A DNA stretch of 64,000 nt from Elusimicrobiota bacterium (lineage in GTDB: Bacteria > Elusimicrobiota > Elusimicrobia > UBA1565 > UBA9628): positions 31,413 through 95,412 of the forward strand of contig JACRDS010000026.1 in NCBI GenBank assembly GCA_016212825.1, read 5' to 3'. Under the pieces are notes generated by a model, which did no database searches, was not told the origin of the DNA, and saw nothing but the letters and a program-made list of their open reading frames with translations. The position numbers and the translations under genes are program-made. Within the stretch, counting starts at the first letter, position 1, and every line of letters starts with the position of its first letter. Shown here piece by piece: positions 44,296 through 56,090 of this stretch.

Positions 44296-45618
44296 ATGTC
44301 CAATCTGAAAGAGAAGCTCTTCGACAAGATCAAGGCTTGGCGGCCCCGGACCACCAAGCTCCTCAAGGAATACGGCAACGTCAAGCTCGACGAGGTGACC
44401 ATCGAGCAGTGCATCGGCGGCATGCGCGACATCAAGAGCCTCGTCACCGACATCTCCTACCTGGATCCGCAGGAAGGCATCCGCTTCCGCGGCTTCACCA
44501 TCCCGGAGGTCCTGGCCAAGCTGCCCAAGGTCAAGGGCCGCGAGATGCCTTCCGTGGAGGGGTTCTTCTACCTCCTGCTCACCGGCGACGTGCCGACCGT
44601 GGCGGACGAGGCGGCCGTGACCGAGGAGTTCCGCAAGCGTGCCGCGGTGCCCAAGTACGTCTTCGACGTGCTGCGCGCCATGCCCGCGGACAGCCACCCC
44701 ATGACCATGTTCTCCGCCGCCATCCTGACCATGCAGCGCGAATCGCTCTTCGTCAAGCGCTACAACGAGGGCATGAGCAAGATGGACTACTGGGACCCCA
44801 TGTACGAGGACGCCCTCAACGTCCTGGCCAAGCTGCCCGAGATCGGCGCCTTCATCTACCGCCACAAGTACAAGGGCGGCAAGATCATCGCCTCCGACCC
44901 GTCCTTGGACTTCGGCGGCAACTTCGCGCGCATGATGGGCATCGAGAAGCCCTACGACGACGTGGCGCGCATGTACTTCATCCTGCACAGCGACCATGAG
45001 AGCGGCAACGTCAGCGCGCACACCGGCCACCTGGTGGCCAGCGCGCTCTCGGACATCTACTACTCGCTCTCCGCCATGCTCGACGGCCTGGCTGGCCCCC
45101 TGCACGGGCTGGCCAACCAGGAGGTCCTGCGCTGGATGATGGGCGTGATGGACAAGATGGGCGGCAAGACCCCGACCGAGGAGGAGATGCGCAAGTTCGT
45201 CTGGGACACGCTCAAGGGCGGCCAGGTGGTGCCGGGCTTCGGCCACGCGGTGCTGCGCAAGACCGACCCGCGCTACATGGCCCAGCGCGAGTTCTGCCTC
45301 AAGCACCTGCCCGACGACCCCATCTTCAAATATGTCGACGTCCTCTTCAAGGTGGTGCCGCCGGTGCTCAAGGAGCAGGGCAAGGCCAAGAACCCGTGGC
45401 CCAACGTGGACGCGCAGTCCGGCGTCATCCAGTGGCACTACGGCCTCAAGGAGTACGACTTCTACACCGTGCTCTTCGGCATCGGCCGCGCCCTGGGCGT
45501 GTCGGCCAACATCGTCTGGGACCGCGGCCTGGGTTACGCCCTGGAGCGGCCCAAGTCCGTGACCACCGCCATGCTCGAAGAGGTGGCGGCCAAGGCTCCG
45601 GCCAAGACTGCGGCCTGA
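44296..45618 (+). CDS. gltA: Citrate synthase
   Basis: The CIGGMRDIKSLVTDISYLDPQEGIRFRG and GFGHAVLRKTDPR motifs. SD AGGAGA upstream. Confidence 0.85.
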   Translation: MSNLKEKLFDKIKAWRPRTTKLLKEYGNVKLDEVTIEQCIGGMRDIKSLVTDISYLDPQEGIRFRGFTIPEVLAKLPKVKGREMPSVEGFFYLLLTGDVPTVADEAAVTEEFRKRAAVPKYVFDVLRAMPADSHPMTMFSAAILTMQRESLFVKRYNEGMSKMDYWDPMYEDALNVLAKLPEIGAFIYRHKYKGGKIIASDPSLDFGGNFARMMGIEKPYDDVARMYFILHSDHESGNVSAHTGHLVASALSDIYYSLSAMLDGLAGPLHGLANQEVLRWMMGVMDKMGGKTPTEEEMRKFVWDTLKGGQVVPGFGHAVLRKTDPRYMAQREFCLKHLPDDPIFKYVDVLFKVVPPVLKEQGKAKNPWPNVDAQSGVIQWHYGLKEYDFYTVLFGIGRALGVSANIVWDRGLGYALERPKSVTTAMLEEVAAKAPAKTAA

Positions 45619-45640
45619 GGCTGGTCAGAGAGGTCATCTC

Positions 45641-45686
45641 GCCCCGCTTCGCGGGGCGGGCGCGCCCGGCGCTTCGCGCCGGGCGC
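45641..45686 (+). terminator. Two tandem GC hairpins after citrate synthase
   Basis: GCCCCGC-TTC-GCGGGGC (45641-45657) and GCGCCCGGCGC-TTC-GCGCCGGGCGC (45662-45686). A perfect TATAAT -10 box follows at 45697-45702, upstream of maeB. Confidence 0.5.
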
Positions 45687-45734
45687 CCGCTTAAAGTATA
45701 ATCGGCAGGAACCCGCACCGGAGGTCCATCCGCC

Positions 45735-48020
45735 ATGGCCGTGAGAAAAGAAGAGGCGCTCGAGTACCACTCCCACCCCGTCCCGGGCAAGATCGAGGTC
45801 GTCTCCACCAAGCCCTGCTACACCCAGCGCGACCTGAGCATGGCCTACACCCCGGGCGTGGCCGACCCCTGCCTGGAGATCAAGGCCCATCCGGCCGACG
45901 TCTACAAATACACCTCGAAGGGCAACCTCGTGGCCGTGGTCTCCAACGGCACCGCGGTGCTGGGCCTGGGCAACATCGGCGCGGCGGCCGGCAAGCCCGT
46001 GATGGAGGGCAAGGGCGTGCTCTTCAAGCGCTTCGCGGACATCGACGTCTTCGACATCGAGGTGGCCTCCGAGGACCCGCAGGAGGTCATCCGCCTCTGC
46101 CAGCTGCTGGAGCCCACCTTCGGCGGCATCAACCTGGAGGACATCAAGGCGCCCGAGTGCTTCCTCATCGAGGAGACGCTCAAGAAGACCATGAAGATCC
46201 CGGTGATGCACGACGACCAGCACGGCACGGCCATCATCTCCGGCGCGGCCCTGCTCAACGCCCTGGAGATCGCGGGCAAGGATATCCGTTCCGCCAAGGT
46301 GGTCTTCAACGGGGCCGGGGCCGCGGGCTTCGCCTGCGCGGACCACTACCTGCGCCTGGGCGTCAAGCGCGAGAACGTCATCCTCTGCGACACCGCGGGC
46401 GTGGTCTACAAGGGCCGCGGCAAGGGCATGAACCCGTACAAGGAGAAGTTCGCCAGCGACACGGAGGCCCGCACCCTGGCCGAGGCCATGCGCGGCGCCG
46501 ACGTGTTCGTAGGCCTGTCCGTGGCCGACGCGGTCGCGCCCGAGATGCTGCGCGGCATGGCCAAGAACCCCGTCGTCTTCGCCATGGCCAATCCCAACCC
46601 GGAGATCCGCTACGACGCGGCCGTGGCCGCGCGCCGCGACATCATCATGGCCACGGGCCGCTCCGACTTCCCCAACCAGGTCAACAACGTGCTGGGCTTC
46701 CCTTTCATCTTCCGCGGGGCGCTCGACGTGCGCGCCTCCTGCATCAACGACGAGATGAAGCTGGCCGCCACCTACGCCCTGGCCAAGCTGGCCAAGGAGG
46801 ACGTGCCGGACTCGGTGCGCAAGGCTTACGGGGGCGAGCGCCTGCAGTTCGGCCGCGAGTACATCATCCCCAAGCCTTTCGACCGCCGCGTCCTGCTCTG
46901 GGAGGCCTCGGCCGTGGCCGAGGCCGCCATGAAGAGCGGCGTGGCGCAGAAGCCGGTCAAGCTCGACGAGTACCGCCTCCAGCTGGAGAAGCGCCTGGGC
47001 CGCGACCGCGAGGTGATGCGCGCCGTCATCGACAAGGCCCAGCGCGAGCCCAAGCGCATCGTGTTCCCGGAGGGCGAGGAGGAGAAGATCCTGCGCGCCA
47101 GCCAGGTCCTGCTCGACGAGGGCATCGCCAAGCCGGTGCTGCTGGGCCGCGAGGGGCGCATCAAGGCCGTGGCCAAGGAGCACGGCCTGGACCTGGAGGG
47201 GGCCGTGATGGTGGACCCGGAGGCCAGCGCCCGGCGCGAGGACTACATCCAGGAGTACTTCCGCCTGCGCCAGCGCAAGGGCTGCACTCTGGCCGGGGCG
47301 CGCGAGGACATGGCGGACAAGAACGCCTTCGGCGCCATGATGGTGCACACGGGCGACGCGGACGCCCTCATCGCCGGCCTGACCCAGCACTACCCCAACA
47401 CCATCCGGCCGGCTTTGCGCGTCATCAAGGTGCGCGAGGGCCACTCCCGGGTGGCCGGGCTCTACATGCTGGTCTTCAAGAAGGACGTGTACTTCCTGGC
47501 CGACGCCACGGTCAACATCGACCCGCCGGCCGAGGTGCTCGCCGAGATCGCCCAACTGGCCGCGGAGACGGCGCGGCGCTTCAACGTGGAGCCACGCGTG
47601 GCCATGCTCTCCTTCTCCAACTTCGGCAGCACCGCGCATCCCGCGGCCGAGAAGGTGGCGCGGGCCGCGGCACTGGTGCAGAAGGCGGAGCCGGGGCTGA
47701 TGGTGGACGGCGAGATGCAGGCCGACACGGCCGTGGTGCCGGAGCTCATGGAGCACACCTATCCCTTCAGCCGGCTCAAGGGCGGGGCCAACGTGCTCAT
47801 CTTCCCGAGCCTGGAGGCGGGCAACATCGCCTACAAGCTGCTCTCCCGCATCGGCGGGGCCACGGCCATCGGGCCCATCCTGATGGGCATGAGCAAGCCG
47901 GTGCACGTGCTCCAGCGCGACGACGACGTCGACGACATCGTCAACATGGCGGCCATCGCGGTGGTGGACGCCCAGGACACCCAGCGCCGCCAGGCGCCGC
48001 GCCGGACCGCCAGGAAGTAG
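45735..48020 (+). CDS. maeB: NADP-dependent malic enzyme with a C-terminal phosphotransacetylase-like domain
   Basis: N-terminal malic-enzyme motifs ([21 protein letters not shown]) and a 761-aa length with a PTA-like C-terminal half. Confidence 0.9.
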   Translation: MAVRKEEALEYHSHPVPGKIEVVSTKPCYTQRDLSMAYTPGVADPCLEIKAHPADVYKYTSKGNLVAVVSNGTAVLGLGNIGAAAGKPVMEGKGVLFKRFADIDVFDIEVASEDPQEVIRLCQLLEPTFGGINLEDIKAPECFLIEETLKKTMKIPVMHDDQHGTAIISGAALLNALEIAGKDIRSAKVVFNGAGAAGFACADHYLRLGVKRENVILCDTAGVVYKGRGKGMNPYKEKFASDTEARTLAEAMRGADVFVGLSVADAVAPEMLRGMAKNPVVFAMANPNPEIRYDAAVAARRDIIMATGRSDFPNQVNNVLGFPFIFRGALDVRASCINDEMKLAATYALAKLAKEDVPDSVRKAYGGERLQFGREYIIPKPFDRRVLLWEASAVAEAAMKSGVAQKPVKLDEYRLQLEKRLGRDREVMRAVIDKAQREPKRIVFPEGEEEKILRASQVLLDEGIAKPVLLGREGRIKAVAKEHGLDLEGAVMVDPEASARREDYIQEYFRLRQRKGCTLAGAREDMADKNAFGAMMVHTGDADALIAGLTQHYPNTIRPALRVIKVREGHSRVAGLYMLVFKKDVYFLADATVNIDPPAEVLAEIAQLAAETARRFNVEPRVAMLSFSNFGSTAHPAAEKVARAAALVQKAEPGLMVDGEMQADTAVVPELMEHTYPFSRLKGGANVLIFPSLEAGNIAYKLLSRIGGATAIGPILMGMSKPVHVLQRDDDVDDIVNMAAIAVVDAQDTQRRQAPRRTARK

Positions 48021-48078
48021 GCGTCGGCGGCGCGTCCATTAAGTAATCTTATAACTCGCGCGCATGATGATTATTCAT

Positions 48079-48108
48079 TTGATAGCCCATTCCACCCAAT
48101 GTTATGAT
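48079..48108 (+). promoter_or_regulatory. Candidate sigma70 promoter for mdh
   Basis: TTGATA, an 18-nt spacer, then TATGAT. AT-rich surroundings. SD GGAGG before ATG 48152. Confidence 0.35.
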
Positions 48109-48151
48109 AGGGGGCACCGTCGTTGATACGCGATTTCTGGGAGGTCATACC

Positions 48152-49093
48152 ATGAGAAAGAAGATAGCGCTCGTCGGCGCCGGACAGATCGGACAGAACC
48201 TGGCCATGCTCGCGGCCATGAAGGGGCTCGGAGACGTGGTCATCCTCGATGTGCCCGCCTACGTCAACGTGGCCAAGGGCAAGGCCCTGGACCTCATGGA
48301 GATGGCGCCCAACGGCGACTACGACGCCAACGTCACCGCCACCTCCGACTACAAGGACATCAAAGGCGCCGACGTGGTCATCGTCACCGCCGGCAAGCCC
48401 CGCGAGGCGGGCATGACGCGCGAGGACCTGCTGGCCATCAACATCAAGATCATCGGCGCCGTGGCCGCGGGCGTCAAGGAGAACGCGCCCAACGCCTTCT
48501 GCATCATCGTGACCAACCCTCTCGACGCCATGGTCTACGCCTTCCACAAGATGACCGGCTTCCCCAAGAACCGGGTCGCGGGCATGGCCGGCACCCTCGA
48601 CACCGCGCGCTGGCGCGCCTTCATCGCCATGGAACTGGGCGTCTCCGTGCAGGACGTGGCCGGCACCGTGCTGGGCGGACACGGGCCGGACATGGTGCCC
48701 CTGCCGCGCCTGACCACGGTGGGCGGCGTGCCTTTGACCGACGTGGCGAGCAAGGAGCAGATCGAGAAGCTGGCCGCGCGCACCCGCGAGGCGGGCACCG
48801 AGATCGTCAAGCTCTTCGGCAAGGGCTCGGCCTTCTTCTCCCCGGCCTGGAGCGCCATCATCATGGCCGAGGCCTACCTCAAGGACCAGCGGCGCGTGCT
48901 GCCCTGCGCGGCCCTGTGCGAGGGCGAGTACGGCGTCAAGGGCCTGTTCATCGGCGTGCCCTGCCTCATCGGCGCCAAGGGCGTGGAGAAGATCTACGAG
49001 ATCAAGCTCACCGACGAGGAGAAGGCTTTGCTCGCCAAGACCGCGGCTTCCGTGAAGAAGACCGTGGAAGAGACCGCGGCGGTCAAGGCCTAG
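48152..49093 (+). CDS. mdh: Malate dehydrogenase (LDH-like, NAD-dependent)
   Basis: MRKKIALVGAGQIGQNLAM... and IVTNPLDAMV. Confidence 0.9.
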   Translation: MRKKIALVGAGQIGQNLAMLAAMKGLGDVVILDVPAYVNVAKGKALDLMEMAPNGDYDANVTATSDYKDIKGADVVIVTAGKPREAGMTREDLLAINIKIIGAVAAGVKENAPNAFCIIVTNPLDAMVYAFHKMTGFPKNRVAGMAGTLDTARWRAFIAMELGVSVQDVAGTVLGGHGPDMVPLPRLTTVGGVPLTDVASKEQIEKLAARTREAGTEIVKLFGKGSAFFSPAWSAIIMAEAYLKDQRRVLPCAALCEGEYGVKGLFIGVPCLIGAKGVEKIYEIKLTDEEKALLAKTAASVKKTVEETAAVKA

Positions 49094-49112
49094 CCCGAAG
49101 GAGCCGGCGCCC

Positions 49113-51057
49113 ATGAAAGGCACGCTGAGCGAGAAGATCCTCAAAGCCCACCTGGCGGAGGGCCGCCTGGAGCCGGGAGCCGAGATCGGCATCCGCATAG
49201 ACCAGACCTTGACCCAGGACGCCACCGGCACCATGGCATTCCTTCAATTCGAGGCCATGGGCATACCCAAGGTCCGCGCCGAACTCTCCGTGAGCTACGT
49301 GGACCACAACAGCCTGCAGATGGGCTTCGAGAACGCGGACGACCACCGCTACCTGCAGGGCGCGGCGGCCAAGTACGGGGCGTACTACTCCCGGGCGGGC
49401 AACGGCATCTGCCACCAGGTCCACCTGGAGCGCTTCGGCGCTCCAGGCAGGACCTTGCTGGGCTCGGACTCCCACACGCCCACGGGCGGCGGCCTGGGCA
49501 TGTTCGCCATGGGCGCCGGCGGCATAGACGTCGCTGTGGCGATGGGCGGCGGGCCGTACTTCCTCACCGTGCCCAAGGTGGTGCGCGTCATCCTCAAGGG
49601 CTCCCTGCCCCAGTGGGTGACTGCCAAGGACGTGATCCTGCACCTGCTCTCCATCCTGACCACGAAGGGGAACGTCGGGACGGTCATCGAGTACTCAGGA
49701 GATGGCCTTTCTCAATTGACCGTCCCGCAGCGCGCCACCATGACCAACATGGGAGCCGAGCTGGGGGTGACCACGTCGCTGTTCCCCAGCGACGAGCAGA
49801 CCAAGAAGTTCCTGACCGCGCAGAAGCGGGCCAAGGACTTCAAGCCTTTGACGGCTGACGCGAACGCCGAGTATTCCCGCACCATAGAGATAGACCTGGC
49901 CAAGCTCGAGCCCATGGCCGCCTGCCCGCACAGCCCGGACAACGTCAAGCCCGTCTCGGCGCTCAAGGGCATGGCCGTGGACCAGGTCTGCATCGGCTCA
50001 TGCACCAACTCGTCGTATCTGGACCTCATGCGCGTGGCTGCCATGCTCAAGGGCAAGCGCGTGCCGCAGTCCGTGAGCCTCGTGCTGGTGCCTGGCTCGC
50101 GCCAGGTGGAGCTCATGCTGGCTGAGAACGGCGCCTTGAAGACCTTCGTCGAGGCCGGCGCCCGCCTGGTGGAGCCGACCTGCTCCTTCTGCATCGGCAT
50201 GGGCCAGTCGCCGGTGAGCGGCGGGGTGAGCCTGCGCACCGGCAACCGCAACTTCGAGGGCCGCAGCGGCACCACGGACGCCCAGGTCTATCTGGTGAGC
50301 CCTGAGACCGCTGCTGCCAGCGCCTTGACCGGGACCTTCACTGACCCGCGCAGCCTGGGCAAGAAGGTCAAGCTGCCTGCGGAGCTGCCCAAGGCCTTCC
50401 TCATCGACGACAGCATGATCATATCTCCCAAGGATGCGCCCAGAAACGCCGTGATCAAGCGCGGCCCGAACATCGGCGAGCCGCCTAAGAACACGCCCCT
50501 GCCTGACGCGCTCAAGGGCACAGTAGTCATCAAGGTGGGAGACAAGATCACCACGGACCACATCATGCCGGCCGGCGAGCGCCTGAAGTACCGCTCCAAC
50601 ATCGGCAAATACTCTCAATTCGTGTTCGAGCGCTTGGACCCCGACTTCCACAAGAAGTGCCAGGCCGAGGCTTCGGCCGGCAAGGCCGTGTTCGTCGTGG
50701 CCGGCGAGTCCTACGGCCAGGGCTCCTCGCGCGAGCACGCGGCCATGTGCCCCATGTTCCTGGGCGTCAAGGCCGTGCTGGCCCGGTCCATCGAGCGCAT
50801 CCACGCGGCCAACCTCATCAACTTCGGCATCCTGCCCCTGGCCTTCAAGGACCCCAAGGACTACGAGGCTCTTGAGGCGGGCGCGGAGTTGGAGCTGCCC
50901 GATCTGCTCCAGGCTCTGGAGAAGGGCGAGGTCAAGGTCCGCGACCTGAGCAGGAACCGCGAGTTCACCGTGAAGGCCGTTTTCTCCAAGAGGCAGGCCG
51001 CCATCCTGCGGGCCGGAGGCTTGCTCAACCATACCGTCGCCGCCAAGGAGACCGCCA

Positions 51058-51068
<11 letters not shown>
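49113..51068 (+). CDS. Aconitate hydratase (short, about 650-aa aconitase family)
   Basis: Aconitase-family Cys ligands and motifs ([19 protein letters not shown], the GNRNFEGR tail). Confidence 0.8.
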
Positions 51069-52290
<1,222 letters not shown>

Positions 52291-52292
52291 AA

Positions 52293-52547
52293 TTGAGCGA
52301 CAAACCCGCAACGGCGAAGGTGAAGGGGACGGTGAGCGTCAAGCCCGAGGTGTGCAAGGGCTGCGCCTATTGCATCGAGTTCTGCCCGACCAAGTCCTTG
52401 GAGTTCTCCCAGTCGTTCAACCGGAAGGGCTACCACTATCCGGTGCTGGCCAGGCCCGAGACCTGCACGGGCTGCGACCTCTGCGGCGTGCACTGCCCGG
52501 ACTTCGCCATCTTCGGCCGGCGCCTCAAGCCGGGAGAGAAAGCATGA
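52293..52547 (+). CDS. korD: 2-oxoglutarate:ferredoxin oxidoreductase delta (ferredoxin) subunit
   Basis: CKGCAYCIEFCP and CTGCDLCGVHCP. Start TTG 52293 or GTG 52320. It is in-frame with the tail of track ORF 51228..52547. Confidence 0.6.
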   Translation: MSDKPATAKVKGTVSVKPEVCKGCAYCIEFCPTKSLEFSQSFNRKGYHYPVLARPETCTGCDLCGVHCPDFAIFGRRLKPGEKA

Positions 52548-53701
52548 AGGCCGATCCCAAAGGCGTGCTGACGGGCGCGCACTTCATGGACGGCGACCAC
52601 GCGGCCTGCGAGGGCGCCCTGGCCGCGGGCTGCCGGTTCGTGGCCGGCTATCCCATCACCCCTTCTACCGAGGTGGTGGAGCGCTTCGCGGCGCGCATCC
52701 CGCTGGTGGGGGGGATGTTCATCCAGATGGAGGATGAGATCGCCTCCTCCATCGCGATCCAGGGCGCGGTCTGGGGCGGGGCGAAGGTGATGACCGTGAC
52801 TTCGGGCCCCGGGCTCTCGCTGATGATGGAGCACATCGGCCTGGCCGCCATCACCGAGTGCCCCTGCGTCTTCGTGGACGTCCAGCGCGGCGGGCCGTCC
52901 ACCGGCCTGCCCACTTTGCCGGCGCAGGCGGACATGATGCAGGTGAAGTGGGGCTCGCACGGCGACTATGAGATCATCGCGCTGGCGCCGAACTCCCCGC
53001 AGGAGTGCTTCGACCTGATGATCAAGGCTTTCAACCTGGCGGAGCGCTACCGGGTGCCGGTCTTCTTCATGATGGACGAGGTGGTGGGGCACATGACCGA
53101 GCGGGTGGTCATCCCCGAGGCCGCGGCCATAGAGGTGGAGGAGCGGCGCTGGACCAAGAAGAAACCGGGCGAATACAAGCTCTACGAGACGGGCCCTGAC
53201 TTGGTGCCGGAGATGGTCATGGCCGGCCAGGGGCACCGCATCCACGTCACGGGCCTGACCCACGACGAGCGGGGCTATCCGGCCATGAACCCGGCGGCCC
53301 AGGAACAGCTCGTCGAGCGCCTCCTGAACAAGATCCGCGAGCATAACGGCGACCTGGTCGACGTGCGCGAGGACGGGGTCGAGGGCGCCGACGTTGTGGT
53401 GGTGTCTTTCGGCATCACCTCGCGCGTGGCGGGCCATGCCGTGGAAGCGGCGCGCCAGCAGGGCTTGAAGGTGGGGCATCTGCGCCTGGTGATCTGCTGG
53501 CCCTTCCCGGCCCAGCTCATCCGGGAGCTGTCCGCGAAGACGAAGGCTTTCGTGGTCCCGGAGCTGAACATGGGCCAGATGGTGCTGGAGGTGGAGCGGG
53601 CCGCGGCGGGCAAGGCGAAGGTGGTGTCCGTCCCCCACGCGGGGGGCACGGTGCACGAGCCTGAGGCGATCTTGGCCGCGATACGGGAGGCGGGAAGATG
53701 A
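52544..53701 (+). CDS. korA: 2-oxoglutarate:ferredoxin oxidoreductase alpha subunit
   Basis: MKADPKGVLTGAHFMDGDHAACEGALAAGCRFVAGYPITPSTE, the canonical KorA/PorA N-terminus. Confidence 0.85.
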   Translation: MKADPKGVLTGAHFMDGDHAACEGALAAGCRFVAGYPITPSTEVVERFAARIPLVGGMFIQMEDEIASSIAIQGAVWGGAKVMTVTSGPGLSLMMEHIGLAAITECPCVFVDVQRGGPSTGLPTLPAQADMMQVKWGSHGDYEIIALAPNSPQECFDLMIKAFNLAERYRVPVFFMMDEVVGHMTERVVIPEAAAIEVEERRWTKKKPGEYKLYETGPDLVPEMVMAGQGHRIHVTGLTHDERGYPAMNPAAQEQLVERLLNKIREHNGDLVDVREDGVEGADVVVVSFGITSRVAGHAVEAARQQGLKVGHLRLVICWPFPAQLIRELSAKTKAFVVPELNMGQMVLEVERAAAGKAKVVSVPHAGGTVHEPEAILAAIREAGR

Positions 53702-54579
53702 GCCAGGAAGCCTTGGAAGGGGCGGGCTGCGCGGTGGAGTCGGACAACCCGGTCCTGCCTTTTTTGCGCCAGGACCGCCTGCCGCACATCTGGTGCCCGG
53801 GCTGCGGCATCGGCACCACGGTGAACTGCTTCGCCCGGGCTCTGCAGGACTCGGGCATGAAACTGGACGATGTGGCGATCGTGTCTGGCATCGGGTGCAC
53901 GGGCCGGGTGGCGGGCTACATGAACCTGGACTCGTTCCACACCACGCACGGCCGGGCCATCCCTTTCGCCACGGGGCTGAAATTGGCCAACCCGAAGCTG
54001 AAGGTGGTGGTCTACTCGGGCGACGGGGACCTCTCCGCCATCGGCGGCAACCACTTCATCCACGCGGCGCGCCGGAACATGGATCTGATGGTGGTCTGCG
54101 TGACGAACCATACCTACGGGATGACTGGGGGCCAGACGGCTCCGACGACCCCGCAGGGCGCCACACAGACGACCATGCCTTACGGCAATTTCGAGAACCC
54201 TTTCAACCTGCCGTTCCTGGCCGACGCCTGCGGCGCGGTGTATGTGGCGCGCTGGACCGTGTATCATGTGCGGCACCTGGCGCGCGCCATGAAGGAGGGG
54301 CTGGCCAAAAAGGGGTTTTCCTTCATCGAGGCGCTGGCGCCTTGTCCGACCTTGTACTCGCGGCGCAACAAGCTGGGCGATGGTGTGGAACAGCTGAAGT
54401 ACTACAAGGCCAAGAGCACGATCAAGAACGGGGCTGACACGAAGGACGTGGGCCTGACCTTCCAGGGCGATATCATCGTGGGCAAGTTCGTGGACCGCGA
54501 GCGGCCGACGTGGCTGGACTCGATGAACGGGCATCTGACCAAGGTTTTCCCGGGCAAGTTCACGCCCTATGGGAGCTGA
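53698..54579 (+). CDS. korB: 2-oxoglutarate:ferredoxin oxidoreductase beta (TPP-binding) subunit
   Basis: WCPGCGIGT and the GDGD TPP motif. Confidence 0.85.
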   Translation: MSQEALEGAGCAVESDNPVLPFLRQDRLPHIWCPGCGIGTTVNCFARALQDSGMKLDDVAIVSGIGCTGRVAGYMNLDSFHTTHGRAIPFATGLKLANPKLKVVVYSGDGDLSAIGGNHFIHAARRNMDLMVVCVTNHTYGMTGGQTAPTTPQGATQTTMPYGNFENPFNLPFLADACGAVYVARWTVYHVRHLARAMKEGLAKKGFSFIEALAPCPTLYSRRNKLGDGVEQLKYYKAKSTIKNGADTKDVGLTFQGDIIVGKFVDRERPTWLDSMNGHLTKVFPGKFTPYGS

Positions 54580-54580
54580 C

Positions 54581-55138
54581 ATGGCTAAGACGGAGATCCG
54601 GGTGGGGGGCTTGGGCGGGCAGGGGGTGATCCTCTGCGGCTCGATCATCGGCAAGGCCGCGGCCTTGCACGACGGCAAGCACGCGACCTTGATCCAGGCT
54701 TTCGGGCCGGAGGCTCGGGGCAGCGCGTGCTCGGCTCAGGTGACGGTGTCCGATGCTGTGATCGGCTACCCTTACGTGAAGCAGGCCGACATCTTGATCT
54801 TGATGTCGCCGGATGCGTACCAGCAGTTCATCCCTTCCTTGAAGCCGAACGGGCTGCTGCTCTACGAAAGTGACCTGATCAAGATCGGCCATGACCTGCC
54901 GGCCGGGGCCAGGGCTTTGGGCATCCCGGCCACTCGCTTCGCGGAGGAACTGGGCCGGCGCCTGGTGCTGAACATCGTGATGACCGGGTTCTTCGCGGGC
55001 ACGACCGATATCGTGAAGGCCGAGGCGGTCGAGAAGTCTGTGCTTGAATCCGTTCCGAAGGGGACCGAGGAGCTGAACCTGAAGGCTTTCCGCAAGGGCT
55101 TGGAGTACGGGCGCAGCCTGGCCGCCAAGGCGGCCTGA
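54581..55138 (+). CDS. korC: 2-oxoglutarate:ferredoxin oxidoreductase gamma subunit
   Basis: MAKTEIRVGGLGGQGVILCGSIIGKAA... Confidence 0.8.
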   Translation: MAKTEIRVGGLGGQGVILCGSIIGKAAALHDGKHATLIQAFGPEARGSACSAQVTVSDAVIGYPYVKQADILILMSPDAYQQFIPSLKPNGLLLYESDLIKIGHDLPAGARALGIPATRFAEELGRRLVLNIVMTGFFAGTTDIVKAEAVEKSVLESVPKGTEELNLKAFRKGLEYGRSLAAKAA

Positions 55139-55509
55139 TGCACGAGCACGCGACCATAGACGGGATCGTCAAGGCGATCCTTAAAGACCCGTCTTTGAAG
55201 GGTGCGTCCAAGGTCAGCGAGGTGTTCCTGCGCATCGGGGCTTTGGAGTTCCACTCGGAAGCGGCTTTCCGGCAGGGCTTCGAGGTGGCGGTGCAGGGGA
55301 CGGTGCTGGCGGGGGCGGCTTTGAGGCTGGATGTGGTCTTGCCGGAGCTGAAGTGCGAGGCGTGCGGGCATAAGGATGTGTGCCGGGAGGGGGAAGTCGA
55401 CCCGCATGAGAAGCTGCCGGTGCGGGAGTGCCCGAAGTGCCAGTCGCTGGCGCGGATCAGCGGCGGGCGCGGGGTCGATAAGATCGAGCTGTCGGTCGAA
55501 GGGCGCTAG
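55138..55509 (+). CDS. hypA: Hydrogenase nickel-insertion metallochaperone HypA
   Basis: N-terminal MHE. Zn motif CEACGH ... CPKCQS. 123 aa. The ATG overlaps the korC TGA. Confidence 0.75.
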   Translation: MHEHATIDGIVKAILKDPSLKGASKVSEVFLRIGALEFHSEAAFRQGFEVAVQGTVLAGAALRLDVVLPELKCEACGHKDVCREGEVDPHEKLPVRECPKCQSLARISGGRGVDKIELSVEGR

Positions 55510-55625
55510 GCCGTTCCCTCCTCGCCCGGGGCCTTGATGAGATTCCTGAAGATCGCCGCGGTCGTGCTTTCCATCCTTTTCCTCATCGTGGCCGCGGTCT
55601 GCATCTTCGCGGCCTATCGGATGCC

Positions 55626-55667
55626 TTGACAATGAAGATTGGAGTGTTATACTGTTAATATAACAGT
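55626..55667 (+). promoter_or_regulatory. Near-consensus sigma70 promoter, with a perfect 17-bp palindromic operator overlapping and following its -10 box, upstream of the XRE gene
   Basis: TTGACA (55626-55631), a 16-nt spacer, then TATACT (55648-55653). ACTGTTAATATAACAGT (55651-55667) is a perfect palindrome. Confidence 0.45.
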
Positions 55668-55697
55668 CAAGCTCTCTATCCTGGGGGGAGTCAAACC

Positions 55698-56090
55698 ATG
55701 AAGACCAAGAGGAGGTTCGGGGAGATCCTGCGTGCTCTGCGCATGCGGCGGGGTCTCGGCCTGCGCACCTTCGCAAAGCTCATCGAGATGCAGCCGTCCA
55801 ACCTCAGCTTCATCGAGAACGGACGCGTCCAGCCGCCCGTAGACGACGCCATCCTGTTCCGCATCGCAGCGGCGCTCGGCATCAAGAAAGGCTCTCCCGA
55901 ATGGGGGGAGTTCTTCGACGCCGCCGTCGCCGGACGCAGCGAGCGCCTGCCCGCCGACATCGCCCACGACCGCCGGATGCAGGACTTCCTGCCCATCATG
56001 CTCAGGACGGTCGCGAATCAGAAGCTCGACGCCTCGGAGCTAAAAGAGCTCATCGAGCGCATCAAGTCCTTCCGCCCGGACAGCAAGTAA
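55698..56090 (+). CDS. XRE-family helix-turn-helix transcriptional regulator
   Basis: ILRALRMRRGLGLRTFAKLIEMQPSNLSFIENGRVQPP, a Cro/C1-type HTH. Confidence 0.8.
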   Translation: MKTKRRFGEILRALRMRRGLGLRTFAKLIEMQPSNLSFIENGRVQPPVDDAILFRIAAALGIKKGSPEWGEFFDAAVAGRSERLPADIAHDRRMQDFLPIMLRTVANQKLDASELKELIERIKSFRPDSK

